Assembly (NCBI RefSeq): GCF_048593235.1 | Contig: NC_133619.1 | Location: forward strand, 433,035,644 to 433,099,643 | From: Sminthopsis crassicaudata | Lineage: Eukaryota | Reading direction: 5' to 3' | Length of the DNA stretch: 64,000 nucleotides | Position numbers and translations under genes: made by a program | Part shown: piece after piece, positions 37,401 through 59,813 of the stretch | Position numbering within the stretch: position 1 is the stretch's first letter | How the letters are laid out: each line of letters opens with the position of its first letter | The notes under the pieces: model-generated | The model's input: the letters and a program-made list of their open reading frames with translations, nothing else | Told to the model about the DNA's origin: nothing | The model's database searches: none

Positions 37401-40400
37401 TATGTATCAAAGGAAGTGGGACCTCATTCTGTCCATTGTCAGTTTAAAAAGTTGGAAAATCATTAATTTTAGTGACATAGCTTCATAGGACTAAAAGAGA
37501 CTTCAAGAGATTTGGCTAGTAGCATGTCTTGGATATAGACAGATCAATCTCTAAATCACCTAGAGAGAAGTTTGTCAATATTTCTTCTTCCAGAGTCTAA
37601 TTATCTCTATCTTAACTCTTGACACTTCATAAAAATTTCTTGAGACTTGAAAAAAGTAATTATACTCTATGTAATAGGAATTTTAATTCTTTATCCTTAT
37701 AACAAAATCAGAGCATTGTGTAAAAACTGAATGAAGAACATAGATATTAGAGCCAAGTTATATCCACTGAACAAGGAATTTAAAGAAGTAGAAGTGAATG
37801 GATGACTTTTAATATTCTATCCTTAAAGAGTAGTAAATGCAGTAACACATTCAGGGACTTTAGTAGATCTATAAAAGGTGAAATAACTAGGAGTTAAGAG
37901 AGACAGCTGTCTTTCAGATTATATTAAGTATGTATCTGCCTTCTAACAGGCCTTTGGGCCAATAGGAGTTAAACTCTGAGAAGCTTAGACTTCTCATATG
38001 TAATAATATCTAATATGCAAATAGGCATCATCATTGCTGAAAGGAAAAAAATATATAAAGAATCTTAGGGCTTTAAAAAACTTACTAAGGTTTGAATTTG
38101 GCTTTTTTCCCCGACTTCAACACCACAGATTTCCTTTATAAGTTAAAAATATTCCCCCCAGTCACATATGAGAACTTTATAATCTATTAATATGACAGAT
38201 AACTGCCATTGTAGGCTTCTATTTTACTAGGCATTTCAACTAACTCATTCTTTAGATCCTGGTATCATTTTTTAATAAAAAAACCTTCTATTCCCTGGAA
38301 AGTTGGTTGGATTTGGATTTTGGGGAAAGGAGGAATAGAAAAGTAGGATTTTTTTTGTGTGATCCAGGTATATTTCTGTATCTGTAAGCAAGCCTTAGGT
38401 AACCTAGATTTCACTTCTCTAACCTGAGCACTTTGTATTCTCTGAATAAAAGACTCTTTATAAATCTAACAGATAAACTTGAGTCCTTGTTACTTCATTT
38501 AGTCCACAATAGAGAAGAAAACAGCTAGATTTCTTTAAACTATTTTTAATAGCCTCTCAAAGACCATTATTAAATAACTTTTGCCTTTCCTTTTAATTTT
38601 TTAAAATAATCATTCTTAATTCAACAATCACTTAAGTGCTTACTACATATGTGGTTCTGTGGTAGGATCTAAAAAGCTCTACTGATAAATGTCATCATAC
38701 CAGAATATATCTACTTTAAATGCAAAAGAGAGAGCAGTATGTAAGATCATTGTCTTATCCCTCTGTTTATTGTACTATTGAGGAACTTGCATTGGAAGCA
38801 GGACAGTAAGGCTATCTATAAGCATTAAGTGTCTACTATGTGCAAGGTACTATGTTGAATACTGGAGAAAGGCAAAAATATCCATGCCCTCAAGGAGTTC
38901 ATAATCTAATAGGAAAGACTAAAAACAAATAAATGCATAAACAAACTACATCCAATATAAACAGAAAATCATTAACTAGAATTCAGAGTTTTCATCTTTG
39001 CTCTGGCATTAATTATCTATGCTGACCCTTGGATAAATCCCTTTTCTGGGTCGTACTTAGTTTCCTTCTATGTAAGACTAAATTAGATAATCACAATGGT
39101 TGGTCCCTTTTGCCTCAACATTCTATGCTTCTATGTTATGTGACCACTTTTTAGTTCTAAATTTTAAGTTTAATAAAAAAACATTTGCTGTCTTATGTTA
39201 TTGTATACTTAATAAACTAAAGTATGTTAAAACATAAACCATAAGAAATCATTTCTAAGAAGCAAGAAATTTGTTCATAATTATGCTTGTTTTTACAAAA
39301 TTCATTACTATATGTACCTAATCTTAGATATAGCTAATTTTAAGGAGAACTTGAAAAAAAAAATATTTTCTCTGCATCATTCTTATGTCTTTTGCTACAA
39401 AGTATTTCTGCATGACTCGAAATGCATGTGATTTTTTTTTTTAAGAGCTTAACTTTGACTTTTCATGTTGTATGTAGCATTTCTCAAAGCCTTCATTTTA
39501 GGGGTTTTATCGCATGTCAATCATCCATATAGCATCTTATATGTATTCTTAAAATTCATTGAAATAAATACTTTCATTTTGGTAATACTTTGCATGCATA
39601 GCAATTTCTATTCAGAAATTTGGCATGTTTGTGTATACACGTATGTATGTATTTTGACAAAGTATTAGCCTTAAAATTTGAATTTTGAACTTTTTTCCTT
39701 TTGTTCTTATCAAGAAAGTTTTCTTCCTGTGACAAGAAGATTATAGGTGGACAAATTAGAAACATGAAAATCAGTTTTCCAGAAATCATCATTGGCTATA
39801 CTCTCTAGTTCTTTACTTATAGGTCAGGTAAGCATGTTATTACAATACTAACCTTTGCTATTAATTGCATGATGCATAGGTCAGATTTCTTTTGCACTGA
39901 CTATGGCTGTCATGACTTCCCTTCTATTTTTGTTTCTGGCTTTAACATTCCTTCCTTCTTATATTCTATAAACCTTTTAACAAAATTTTTCTTTATTGTT
40001 ACCAGAGCATACTTAACCAGTCCCTGCTATGCACATAATTACCAGTTATTGCTGATAAGGAAGAGATATTCTGGCTTAAGTGAATAGAAATGTCAATTAT
40101 TTATTTTGCATTAATTGGTTAACTGAAATAAATTGTCTCTTAGAAGAAACCTGCCAGGGTGTATGGAGTTCACTGTCCTTGTTTTCTTGCCTTTAGATAC
40201 ATACTAGTTGTGTCTGATTCTGGGCAAGTTAACCTAATCTCTCAAAGGCTATGAATTACACATTCTAAAGTACAGCCTTTCTCCATTATTCTGAGGAAGT
40301 TGCCTTGGTTCCCATACTAATAAAATTACAAGTCCAGACCAAAAAAGAAAAGAATGCTATCTAGATAAAAACATCATGTGCTATATTTTCATTAAATTTT

Positions 40401-43400
40401 CAAATACCCTCTACATTCTTTATAATATATAATATATATCACAAATAAAATCTCTTCATATTCTGCCACTCATGTTTTTTCATTTTGTGTTGAGTCAAAG
40501 TCATGGCTATAATGTTTATTTTATATTTGTTTTCAAGTAATTACATAATATTTTTACATCTTTTTTCTGCATTAGTTCTCTTTTAATTACTATGTTCATA
40601 CCATATTTAAAAATAACAAATTCTGCCAACAAGGGCTAGAAGAGTGGTAATTATTGCTGTTACCTTATTCAAAACATTTTAAGTCAATGGTTCCTTTGTA
40701 ATGGCATGTTTTGGATAAAAATCATAGGGAAATTCTTGAGATAACTACTAATGCTTCAAAAAGTATTACTTCAGTATTCATAATGTTATTTGTTACTTCA
40801 TCTTTGACCAAAATCTCTGTTCATATTAAATATTTTTTGGTCATTTCCTTAGCACAAGGTTTGATTCCACCAGATGCAACACTGATTTTTGAGATTGAAC
40901 TCTATGCTGTGACCAAAGGACCCCGAAGTATTGAAACATTTAAGCAGATAGATGTGGACAATGACAAGAAACTTTCTAAAACTGAGGTAACCAAGACAAA
41001 ACCTATTGTCACGTTTCACTTATAAACCATTGTTTCAAGACACGTTTATCCCAAAGAATGTTTCCCTTTTGCATTTTAAACTCTAGCTTGGGCTTTTTTT
41101 CATATACTTTCAATCCTGCTACCTTTCCCCTTCTTTCATTCTCTCTAGACTTGCCTTCTCTAGTATCATGATTTCTAGCTCCTTAATCTTTTCCTTTTAT
41201 TTCAGGTTCTCTTCTCTCCACTTCACTTGTGTCCTGTGTTGACCATATATTTTAAACTACTTTCATGATTCACTAATAGCCATAATTCTTGAAGCCTCCA
41301 TTCTCTTGACTTTTTTAAAAAAATTCTGAATAATGTATATGAAATTCTCATTTAATGTTTATAGAACAAGGAGAGGATTTTACATAAAATTATTTTTTTA
41401 AAACTATATTTAAAAATAAAAAGCTCTACATTAATAATGAATTCAACATGTACCTTTAAGAACCTTTTAAGAACTGTGATTTTTTTTTTTCTGGCCTTCC
41501 ATTTTGTTTTCTTATTTGGGGAATAAAGGGATCCCCTTTTCCTTCTTATTTGAGGAGTAGAGGAATTCCTAGCTCCATCTCACCTTCCTCTCCTCCCTCA
41601 TTATTAAAATAGCAAGACCAAACCCATATAAACAAGTAAACCAAACCCATAGTGAAACAAAATAAATTACTGAATAGTAATCCAAAACCATCTGAATCTG
41701 TGTCTTGAGTCTATCACTCATGAATCATAATCAGTACTCTGAAATCATGACTAATTATTTTACTGAGTAGAGTTTTTCAGTCTTCGAAGTTGTTGTTTTT
41801 TGTTGTTGTTCTCCCCAGTAAATGGTGGTAGTTGTTACATAAATTGTTGTTCTGGTTCTGCTCACTTTACACTGCATCATTTCATACAAGTCTCCCCCTA
41901 TGTCTCCAAACCTTTCTCTTTTATCATTTCTTATGACACAATAATATTCTATTATACTCATGTGGTTCCATTTCACCATTTCATACAAGTCTCCCCCAGT
42001 GTCGCCAAACCTTTCTCTTTCATCATTTATTAGACAATAATGTTCTATTATACTTAAGTACCATAATTTGCTCAGCTATTCCCCACTTCTTCAACTTTCT
42101 CAAGTTACCAGCCTGCGAATCCTCCAACCTATTTTTGAAGTTGCTAAATCTGCTAATACCTCAAACATAGGCACCCTACCTCCATCTTGTTTCTTAGCTT
42201 CTACTCTAGGGATGCTCCAGTATATATTTATGGTATATAACTTCCTCTGGTACCTACTAGTACTCAACTATTTTTTTGTCAACCTTTCATCACTCCTTTA
42301 TCTCATTCTTCACTTCATACCCATTCTCTTCATTTCCTCACACCCCTCAAGGTGGATGCTTCTCAAAGTTCTGTCCTACTCTTTTCCTTTCCTGACTCTT
42401 CATTCTCTGATTCCAGTCTCATTTATTCACATAGATTCAAATTCTACCTCTCCCTACATAAGCCAAAATTATCTCCACCTTTAACTTCTGTACTATTTTC
42501 AGACTTGCAACTACAATATACCTCAAAGATTGGAATATCTCATTACAATCTCAACTCAATATGTCCCAAACCAAATGTATCTTTAAGTTTGAACCCTATT
42601 CCTCCTTTTGATTTCACTATTTCTATTCATGACACCATCATATCCAGGATTTTCTATTTAAAACTTTAATGTTATCTCTCTTCTTTAATATCCAAATATC
42701 TGAAGGATTGCCTAGTATCTGCACTCCTTCCTTTCTTCCTTTTCTAGATCCCTTGGTGAATCAATTCTAATCTATGAGATCCTCTAATCTCTTGCCCCCG
42801 TCCTATCTCTGATCTCTGATCATGTCTTGCCAAATCCCTAATTTTGGATTATTCCTACCAATCACCTCTGCAATACCCCTCTCACACACACCCCCAAAGG
42901 CAGACCCTGTTTGCTACATAGATTATTATAATTTTCCTAACTGGTATCTTACCTGTGTTGTCACCATTCTATTCCATCATCAAAAACAGTGCTAGATTTG
43001 ACTAATTGATTTATCTCTTTGGCCACCTCACCTTCTCTCACCCCTTTCTCCCGCAGCCCTGTCATGATATATAGCTTAGAAATCCCTTACTTTTCGCCAA
43101 CAGCAGAATAGCAAGAAGGGAGTTCATTTCTCTTAGCTATTTGGGTGGGGGTAAATTAGAACTTAATGGCCATACAATATACTACAAATGTACCCACCGA
43201 TCACTATGGCTAGTTTCTTTTCTTTTCTTTTTTTAACAAGTTACTTTTATGCATATGTATTTGATAATTCTATGCCATCCTCCCTAAGGATATCAATACT
43301 GACAACTCTCCATTCAGTCTTTACAGAGAAGCTCCAAAGACCATTAGTCACCCATCACAATCCTCCATTGTTAAGGGCATAAAATAGAGCAGTTTTCTAA

Positions 43401-46248
43401 AATACATAACTATTTCTATTCCATGAAGCAGAAATACACTTCAGAACATATAAGGCTTCACTATCTTCTTTCTCCATATTATTGGAGAGTCCCCAAAAGG
43501 TAACTGATTTAGCTGCTGTTTCCATAGATATCATTACCAAGAATAAAATAATATTGAAAAAGGGTCTGAAATTAACAAATAAGATTACAAAAACTATCAG
43601 TAAATGAGTTAAAGCATTAATAATGAACTTACACAGTGCATTTAATTTGTATAATTATAAAATCATACCTAATAAACATTAATAAGTTAGCATTTATATA
43701 GCACTTAAGTTTTGTACTGTATGTATATACATATATAAATAATTTTATACTTGCAACAACTCTAGGAAGTAAAGGTACTGTTGTTAATCCTCACTGAAGC
43801 CTCTGCTCAGAATATTCATTTAAATAAATTTATATAATCTCAAAAGTTAAAATGCATTTGACTAGGTGTTCTAATGCATATAAATGTAAAAAATGATACA
43901 TGTAAATGTAAAAAATGATACATGTAAATGTAAAAAATAATATGTAAAACACTGAAATCTTTAAAGAAATATAAATTCTAGCTATCATTATCAGGATTAA
44001 TTATAATTGTATTAATTCAGTAAATTTAATCGATTAGTTCTAATGAAAAGTCTAATAATAATGAATTTTCAGGGCTTTCTCTTATAGACAATTATAGCAA
44101 AAGTAAAAGGGAATTTATTAATGAGCTAGCAGGAAAAGGCATTCTTGCCTATGGAAAGATTTACTTGCTTTCTTAGAAATGACAAGAAGTTTTCTTTAAG
44201 CCTTTGATGTGTCTATTTCCTTAAAACAAACAAAAAACTAATCTTTATGGTGTTTTAGGGCCCTCCATAACATTCTCTTTCCTTCCTAAATGAGTTCAGT
44301 ACTATGAGATCTTAGTCTCTCTGTCTCTCTCTACCCAAACTCCTGACCTCATATTAGGAGAATCAGACAGATATATTACTGCTCCTTCAATAATCAACTT
44401 CCCAGTTCCTTAGTTGATTCATTTCCCTTGAGTTCCTCTTCAATTTCACCTCAGCTGTGCAACACAGATAATCATACCCTTGATTTTACCATGTTTCATA
44501 TGTATTCTGCTTCCATGATCATAATCTCTTACCCCTCTCTCTCTCCCTCTAATTTACCATCTTAATCCTGTCTTTCCCTTCATTGTAATCTCTAATCCTT
44601 CCGCTCCATTTTTTTCCTTCCTTCCTTTTCTACATCCCTTAGTGAATCAATTATAATCTATGAGATCCTCTAATCTCTTGCCCCCTTGGTCCTGTCTCTG
44701 ATCATGTCTTGCCAAATCCCTAACTTTGGATTATTCCTACAAATCAATATACCATTTTATCTTCTGTTCACCTGCTGCTGAACAGGGTTGAAAAGAAGCC
44801 ATATAACTATGTTGACAGTATACTAGATTAATACCATATAATCTCAACTTGAACCCTCATTGCAGCAAAGCAATCCTTTTAAACCCCTTTAATTCATTTA
44901 TTCTCTTTCTCTCTATAAAACTTCATAAACAGAAGAAGAGAGAAAATGTGATAGTCAGTCACCAATCTTTGATAGGATTAAAAAAAAAATCATACCATTA
45001 TCATGTGAGCACACATATATCCAGCCACTCCTTTCTGTCTGTGAACAGCTGATGCAGACCTCATAGAACCTTCATCTTGCAACTGGATACTATATCCAGA
45101 ACAGGTGGTGGACTGGCCAACATCACTGCTAAAACTATGTTAAAATTTACCTATAGCCTGACATTACCTTCACAGTTTATCTTGCTTTCTTTTCCTTCAG
45201 CCTTTATAACTATTGTTTTCCAATAGTTCTGCAACTTTTTCTTTAGTTATGGCCTGAAATATATATAAATGACTTGCCTCCCTACTTTTACTTCCACCTT
45301 CCCAAAAAGAGAAATCACTATTTAAGGTCACTTATATATTGTCTTTTCATTCTATATAATTTTTCATGATAATCTGTCAGTTTCCTCTAGTTCTCTATTA
45401 ACACTTTCACAGTGACTGATAATAAAAATTCCATATTCTAAAAGAAAATTGTTCTTGTGTCAAAAAATACTTTCATGTATTTACCAGTAAAGAAACGGTA
45501 ACGATACCTGTCTTGGTACTTAAAAATGTTTGAAGAAGTAGAAAAATGTGATACAGATTCAAGTTCATTTTACTCTAAAACCCAGATATTTATTGAATTT
45601 TGATTAACATTTTAAGTGTCAGAAGAAGGGTTGGAATTATTCTAAGATTGTGCTTTGATAGCAGAGATTTTTCTAAAATGCTCTCTTGAATTCTATAAGA
45701 AAGCATTTTTAAGATATTTTCCATTGTTGGAAGTTGTATGCAGATATGCATAATTAGATTTGTCTGATTTGCTTACAATGCAGGTCCAATAGAACATAGA
45801 AATTTAAGAAAAATATATAATGAATAACATGAAATACATAACATAAAAATGAACATTTTGAATAGTTCTTCACAATTAAGTAATGCTAATTTGAAGAAAT
45901 TTGGGGGATTTTCCACAAAATTTCATTTAAAATTGACAACCTTTAGGTATCCTTTTGTGATAATTCACATGGAAACTGTTGTCTCTAGCAGTAAGGTTTG
46001 GGGCTTCATAATGTTTACATTCCTTGTTAAATTCTCTAAAATGCTTTATGACTGTTTCAGCAAGTTTTTTCTTTCTTTTAACATAGATCAATCATTACTT
46101 GAAAAAGGAATTTGAGAAAGATGATAAACCACATGACCAGTCATATCATAATTCTGTGTTAGAAGATATTTTTAAGAAAAATGACCATGATGGAGATGGC
46201 TTCATTTCTTCGAAGGAATATAATGTATATCAACATGATGAACTATAG
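34078..46248 (+). CDS. FKBP7: FK506-binding protein 7 (ER peptidyl-prolyl isomerase with EF hands), complete spliced CDS: join(34078..34289,35981..36132,40853..40986,46087..46248), 660 nt, 219 aa
   Basis: Signal peptide, FKBP domain (KGDLLNAHYDGYL...GVGQVIKGLD...IPPSLAYG...IPPDATLIFEIEL), two EF-hand loops (DVDNDKKLS; DHDGDGFIS) and C-terminal HDEL; exon phases consistent. Confidence 0.98.
35544..35670 (+). mobile_element. WSINE1-like CORE-SINE with internal deletion and poly(A) tail
   Basis: GGGGCAAATAGATGTAGTGGATAGAGCACCAGCCCTGGAGTC...; 16-bp TSD GGAAATGGCTAATGTT at 35528-35543 and 35671-35686. Confidence 0.9.
35981..36132 (+). CDS. FKBP7: FKBP7 exon 2
   Basis: ttgtag| acceptor after a long T tract; G|GTAAAA donor; 152 nt. 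Confidence 0.97.
40853..40986 (+). CDS. FKBP7: FKBP7 exon 3
   Basis: ccttag| acceptor; GAG|GTAACC donor; 134 nt. Confidence 0.97.
41560..42090 (-). mobile_element. Old L1 3' fragment containing a 99-bp internal tandem duplication
   Basis: The minus-strand translation resembles the L1 ORF2 end (IIEYYCVIRND...DLYEMMQCKVSRTRTTIY). Confidence 0.8.
42100..43000 (+). mobile_element. Degraded L2 LINE fragment
   Basis: Pyrimidine-rich strand, ggatgcttctcaaagttctgtcctactc...ctcaactcaatatgtcccaaacc. Confidence 0.6.
42735..42864. repeat. About 130-bp dispersed direct repeat, copy A (partner 44621-44746)
   Basis: About 6 substitutions and 2 small indels between the copies. Confidence 0.9.
43881..43944. 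repeat. 22-bp minisatellite, about 3 units (TAAATGTAAAAAATGATACATG)
   Basis: Two exact units and one degenerate unit. Confidence 0.9.
44621..44746. repeat. About 130-bp dispersed direct repeat, copy B (partner 42735-42864)
   Basis: Shared core gtgaatcaatt-taatctatgagatcctctaatctcttgccccc...atcatgtcttgccaaatccctaa. Confidence 0.9.
46087..46248 (+). CDS. FKBP7: FKBP7 exon 4 coding part (INHYLKKEFEKDDKPHDQSYHNSVLEDIFKKNDHDGDGFISSKEYNVYQHDEL*)
   Basis: acatag| acceptor; TAG at 46246-46248; 162 nt. Confidence 0.97.
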   Translation: MNHYLKKEFEKDDKPHDQSYHNSVLEDIFKKNDHDGDGFISSKEYNVYQHDEL

Positions 46249-46564
46249 GATATTCTTTATAAGTATATTTGACTATCTTTTGTATTATCTACAAAATTAT
46301 TTTTTCCTATACGAACACATTTTGATACCTTGAAAAAATTTAATTTCTGAACCTTATGTAAATTTTAAATAAATTATGATGGAGATGGCTTCATTTCTTC
46401 GAAGGAATATAATGTATATCAACATGATGAACTATAGGATATTCTTTATAAGTGTATTTGACTATCTTTTGTATTATCTACAAAATTATTTTTTCCTATA
46501 TGGACACATTTTGATACCTTGAAAAATTTTAATTTCTGAACCTTATGTAAATTTTAAATAAATT
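46187..46564 (+). repeat. 189-bp tandem duplication covering the FKBP7 stop region and proximal 3' UTR
   Basis: Units 46187-46375 and 46376-46564 differ at 4 positions; ATGATG at all three junctions. Confidence 0.95.
46368..46373 (+). terminator. Candidate FKBP7 poly(A) signal AATAAA (duplicated at 46557-46562)
   Basis: First canonical hexamer downstream of the stop; usage unknown. Confidence 0.4.
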
Positions 46565-49106
46565 ATGATGTATCCAAAAAATGTAGTTGGAAAAGGTAAG
46601 AATTCTATACTGTCTACCTTATTTAGAAATGCATATGAACAAAGATTGCAGTGTTTTGATAAAATGTTTCCAAAAAATTTCCTAAATTTTAACTCATCTT
46701 TTCTCCTGAACCTACCCTCCTTTCCATCTTCTTTCTATCTGACAATGACGACAACATTCTTTTAGACATCCCGCATCAAAACTTTGGGTTGATATTTGAC
46801 TTTTTCTTCAATCCCTATATTCAATCATTATTAGTCAAAGGTATTATTTTTATCTCTACCATATTTTTCATCTGTTCCCTCCTCTCTACTTCTACTGCTA
46901 GGCCCATCCCTAATAACTTTGGCTTATATTATTTCTTGTCTGAACTATTGTAATAGCTCCCTAACTGACCTCGTTCCATCTGGCTTCATTCTCCTCCAAT
47001 TCATCCTTCACACAGTTAGAAAAGTAATTCCTTAAATAGGCAACTCTGATCTATCTCATCACTCCTTTAAAGACTTTAGTTACTCCCCTTTACCTACAGA
47101 AAAAAATATAAATTTGTATTTAAGGCCTCCACCTCCTTATGTAGCATGTATACTCAAAGGAAATCAAAGACAAACAAAAAATGTAGTGTATACCAAAATA
47201 TTCACTGCAACAAATATTAAGTATGCTATTCTTTCATAATTAACCTGAAGAATTTAAAGAAATATGGGAATAAAACTAAAAACTGATGTTTAAGTAAATG
47301 GAATTAAAAGAATTATGTATACAATGATTGTAAATAAAAGGATGGCTAAGAGGAAACTGGACTTAGAGAAAGTACAGGAAGACAGATAATGAAACTTACC
47401 TTCTCCAGCATGGTAGAGAGTTCGGGGACTAAGGACAAACATGTCTGATTCATTACTTTAGATCATAATTGTTGGCCTTTGGCACCAGGAACTGCGTTCC
47501 CTCATAGGGGAAAATTGAACTGACTGATGTAAAGACAAAAGACATCAACAAACCATTTTTAAAGGAAGTCATTATTTAAATTGTTAGCAAAAAAAATCTA
47601 AAAAATAAATTTTTCAGAAAATAAAATTTTTGTGCCAAGTTCATTTTAAGACATTTCAATATGCTTTTTTACTTCTGTCATTTTCAAGTAATTGGCTTTA
47701 TACACTTTTCTAAGTATTCTCACAGTAACCTCTCAGGAAATTTATTTATATTTTTACATATTAAAATATTTTTACAATACTAAAAAAAAAAAAAAAAAAC
47801 CTTGGATAATTTGTGTTGACTTGTACTTTGGGCTTCTCCAAGTCAATGATAATGATAGATGGTATTTTTGTAATGCTAAATATATTGATTATAAGTAAAT
47901 ATGTATTAATCTGAATATAAAAATTGTATTGAATTGTACTACTTCATAACAAGTCAGATTCTATTCATCTTATCCCTATTGATAAAAGTTTTGGGCTGAA
48001 GTTACATTTAAAAAAATTAGTGAAGAAAAAGGTCTCTTTTGAAACTACAAAAAAAAAGGGGGAAATATAAATAGTTCTGTGTAAACACAAGTATATTAAT
48101 ATTCTGTTAGCATAGTACTGGCATTTTGTATTAATATGCACGATTGTTTTATGTCTTTATATGGAAAAAGAACCTGTTGTAATTTTGAAGGTGTATTTTA
48201 TAATCAATGTGTCATAATGAATAGAGAGTCAACCTTGAAGTTAGGAAGAACTGTATTCAAGTGTTTAACACATTTAGTTCTGTGACCCTACATAGGAAAA
48301 GTGCAGTAGAGGGAGTTTCTTCACCTGGGAGATCCTTATACTAATGAAATAACAGGATCAGTCCTCATCCCTGTAATTATTTTTAATTTTAGCATTCTTT
48401 GTATGTCTTCTTTTTATAGTGACATTAAAAATTAGGGATGCTTTGTAGTATAGACAAATAAGACCTCCTAAATCTACATACATTAAGGTATTTTGCCGTT
48501 AAGCATCTTTATGACAGAGAAAAACCAAATCCGATCTTTGCAATAGATTTGAAATAGCAGTGAGGAGCCTTATAACCTCAGATCTTTAAATGCACATTCA
48601 GTAACAACAACCTGTTTCCCAAAATCTAGTTCTCTTAACTTTATTTATGAAACTTTAGGCTTAGAGAATTCTTAATATCTTTTTAATGATACTGCAATTA
48701 AATATGTATGATTACATTAAATTATTAACATTTTCCTCATTTTACCATACCATAAATGTTATGTTTAAAAAACAAAACAAAACAAAACATTTCTGCATTC
48801 AATTCTTCATTAAAATTTTGAATTGTCAATAACAGAACATTTAGGGAAAAAAAAAATCTCAATTTTTAGAACTTTCTTAATTCACATGACAAAACAACAT
48901 AATACCACAATCTTTTTATAGTAACTTACAGCTCTTTTTGAAACACTATATTTTGAAATATAAAAATTTTTGAGGAAAATTAAAATACAAATATAATTGA
49001 AGTTAATTTTTACCTTTCTTCTCTTTCACAATTAATTGACTCATTTGAATCCAGATAATTTGGAAATGGCACAATTTCGCTTAAAACTACATTAAAGGCA
49101 CTTATT

Positions 49107-58468
<9,362 letters not shown>

Positions 58469-59801
58469 TTAATGATAAAACACTTCATTAACTGAAACTT
58501 CCAGATATAAATCCATAGTCAAAGCCTCGTATTTTAAAGAAAATTACTAGGCAAAAAACTAAATCTAGAATGAATTTTTAAATACAACTATATACTTAAT
58601 TAGAAAAGCAAAATAACCTGTTTTCACTAACTAGTTTCCAGTGTGCAGAACCCCCAGCTCCCTTTCAGTTTCATGTACTCAGCATAATGAATTATACATC
58701 AAGTGTAAACTGATACACTAAAGGTAAGACTGAAGCGCCACCACCACCATCCTATATGACTAAAAAAGCTCATAGAAGAAACTGATATTGACAATGATGC
58801 TTTTTGTCAGGACCAGAGCTAAGTAAATATGATGGGCAATGGATCCCGGAGGAGACACTGGCAAGACCCGAGGATTGAAATGCCCAGCATTTGCCCTGGA
58901 TACAATCTTTAGTGGAAGTGATCCAGAGGAAATTTCTTCACAAGTTAATGATGCCAGTGTGGGGACAGTATGTTTATGCCCTTTCCGACAATAGAAAAAG
59001 AGTCCTTTGGGAACAATTTAAAGACTCCCGATTTTCTTATGTCTCATAAGAAAGAGGGTACTCTTCTGCACAGCAACAAGTGAGGGTTGATATTAAATGA
59101 ACATTCTTAGCACATGTTATTGTCTAACCATCTCATGTTAGTGTTAGTCTCTGGATTTATGCTTAAGGAGACAGAATGAAAAACATTGTTGTAATGGAGA
59201 CCTGAGAGTGTTTTCCTTCATGATTTTATTCTTGTTTTCCAAGCTGTGGCTGTGGAGTGAGGGTCGGTGGTGACAAGCATTTGGGGCAGAAGGTACATTG
59301 GCAAATGCAGAACGATGCTTAGGGCCCGAGTGGATGCTCATTATTTTAAAACAAGAGCTATCTTCTTTGGGGAGATCCAATTAGAGTGCAGGTGTGGTTT
59401 CCAAAAAATTTTATACACCTGGCCTTAACGCACTGTTTTAATAAAATTTAATTTAATAAAATAAATAAATAAAACTACAATAAGGATTAAAAAAAAAAGA
59501 AAAGAAAAGAAAAGAAATCCTTTTCATGTTCAAGGTTTGGGCTCTCTCCGCGGGGTGGATGGCAGTACCGAAAGCGGGGCTCCGGAGCTCAACGGTCCGA
59601 AGCATGGATGAAGCCGAGAAGATTCCAGCAAACCCCAGGAGGTGGCGAGGGGAGGGGAGGGGGGAATTGACTCGTCAGAAATGGGAACGCGCTGCTACCA
59701 GGGACCGTTTCACCCTTTGTACTTGCATCCTCAACGTCCCACTTAGCGCGTGGCAGAGTGGACACTTGTGGTGATGGATGCCCTCCCTACACCAGCTCTG
59801 A

Positions 59802-59813
59802 CATGACGTCATG
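59802..59813. promoter_or_regulatory. Perfect CRE palindrome (TGACGTCA within CATGACGTCATG)
   Basis: Exact consensus inside the CpG island; function not shown. Confidence 0.55.

Noticed and set aside
47394-47402. Perfect donor AAG|GTAAGT on the minus strand downstream of PJVK
   Set aside because: An isolated 9-mer without a convincing acceptor or frame; expected by chance in 128 kb of both strands.
58732-59100. Decayed 123-codon frame whose stops could be CGA-to-TGA changes
   Set aside because: Five stops in 123 codons is about the random expectation at this GC content, and I could not recognise the protein.
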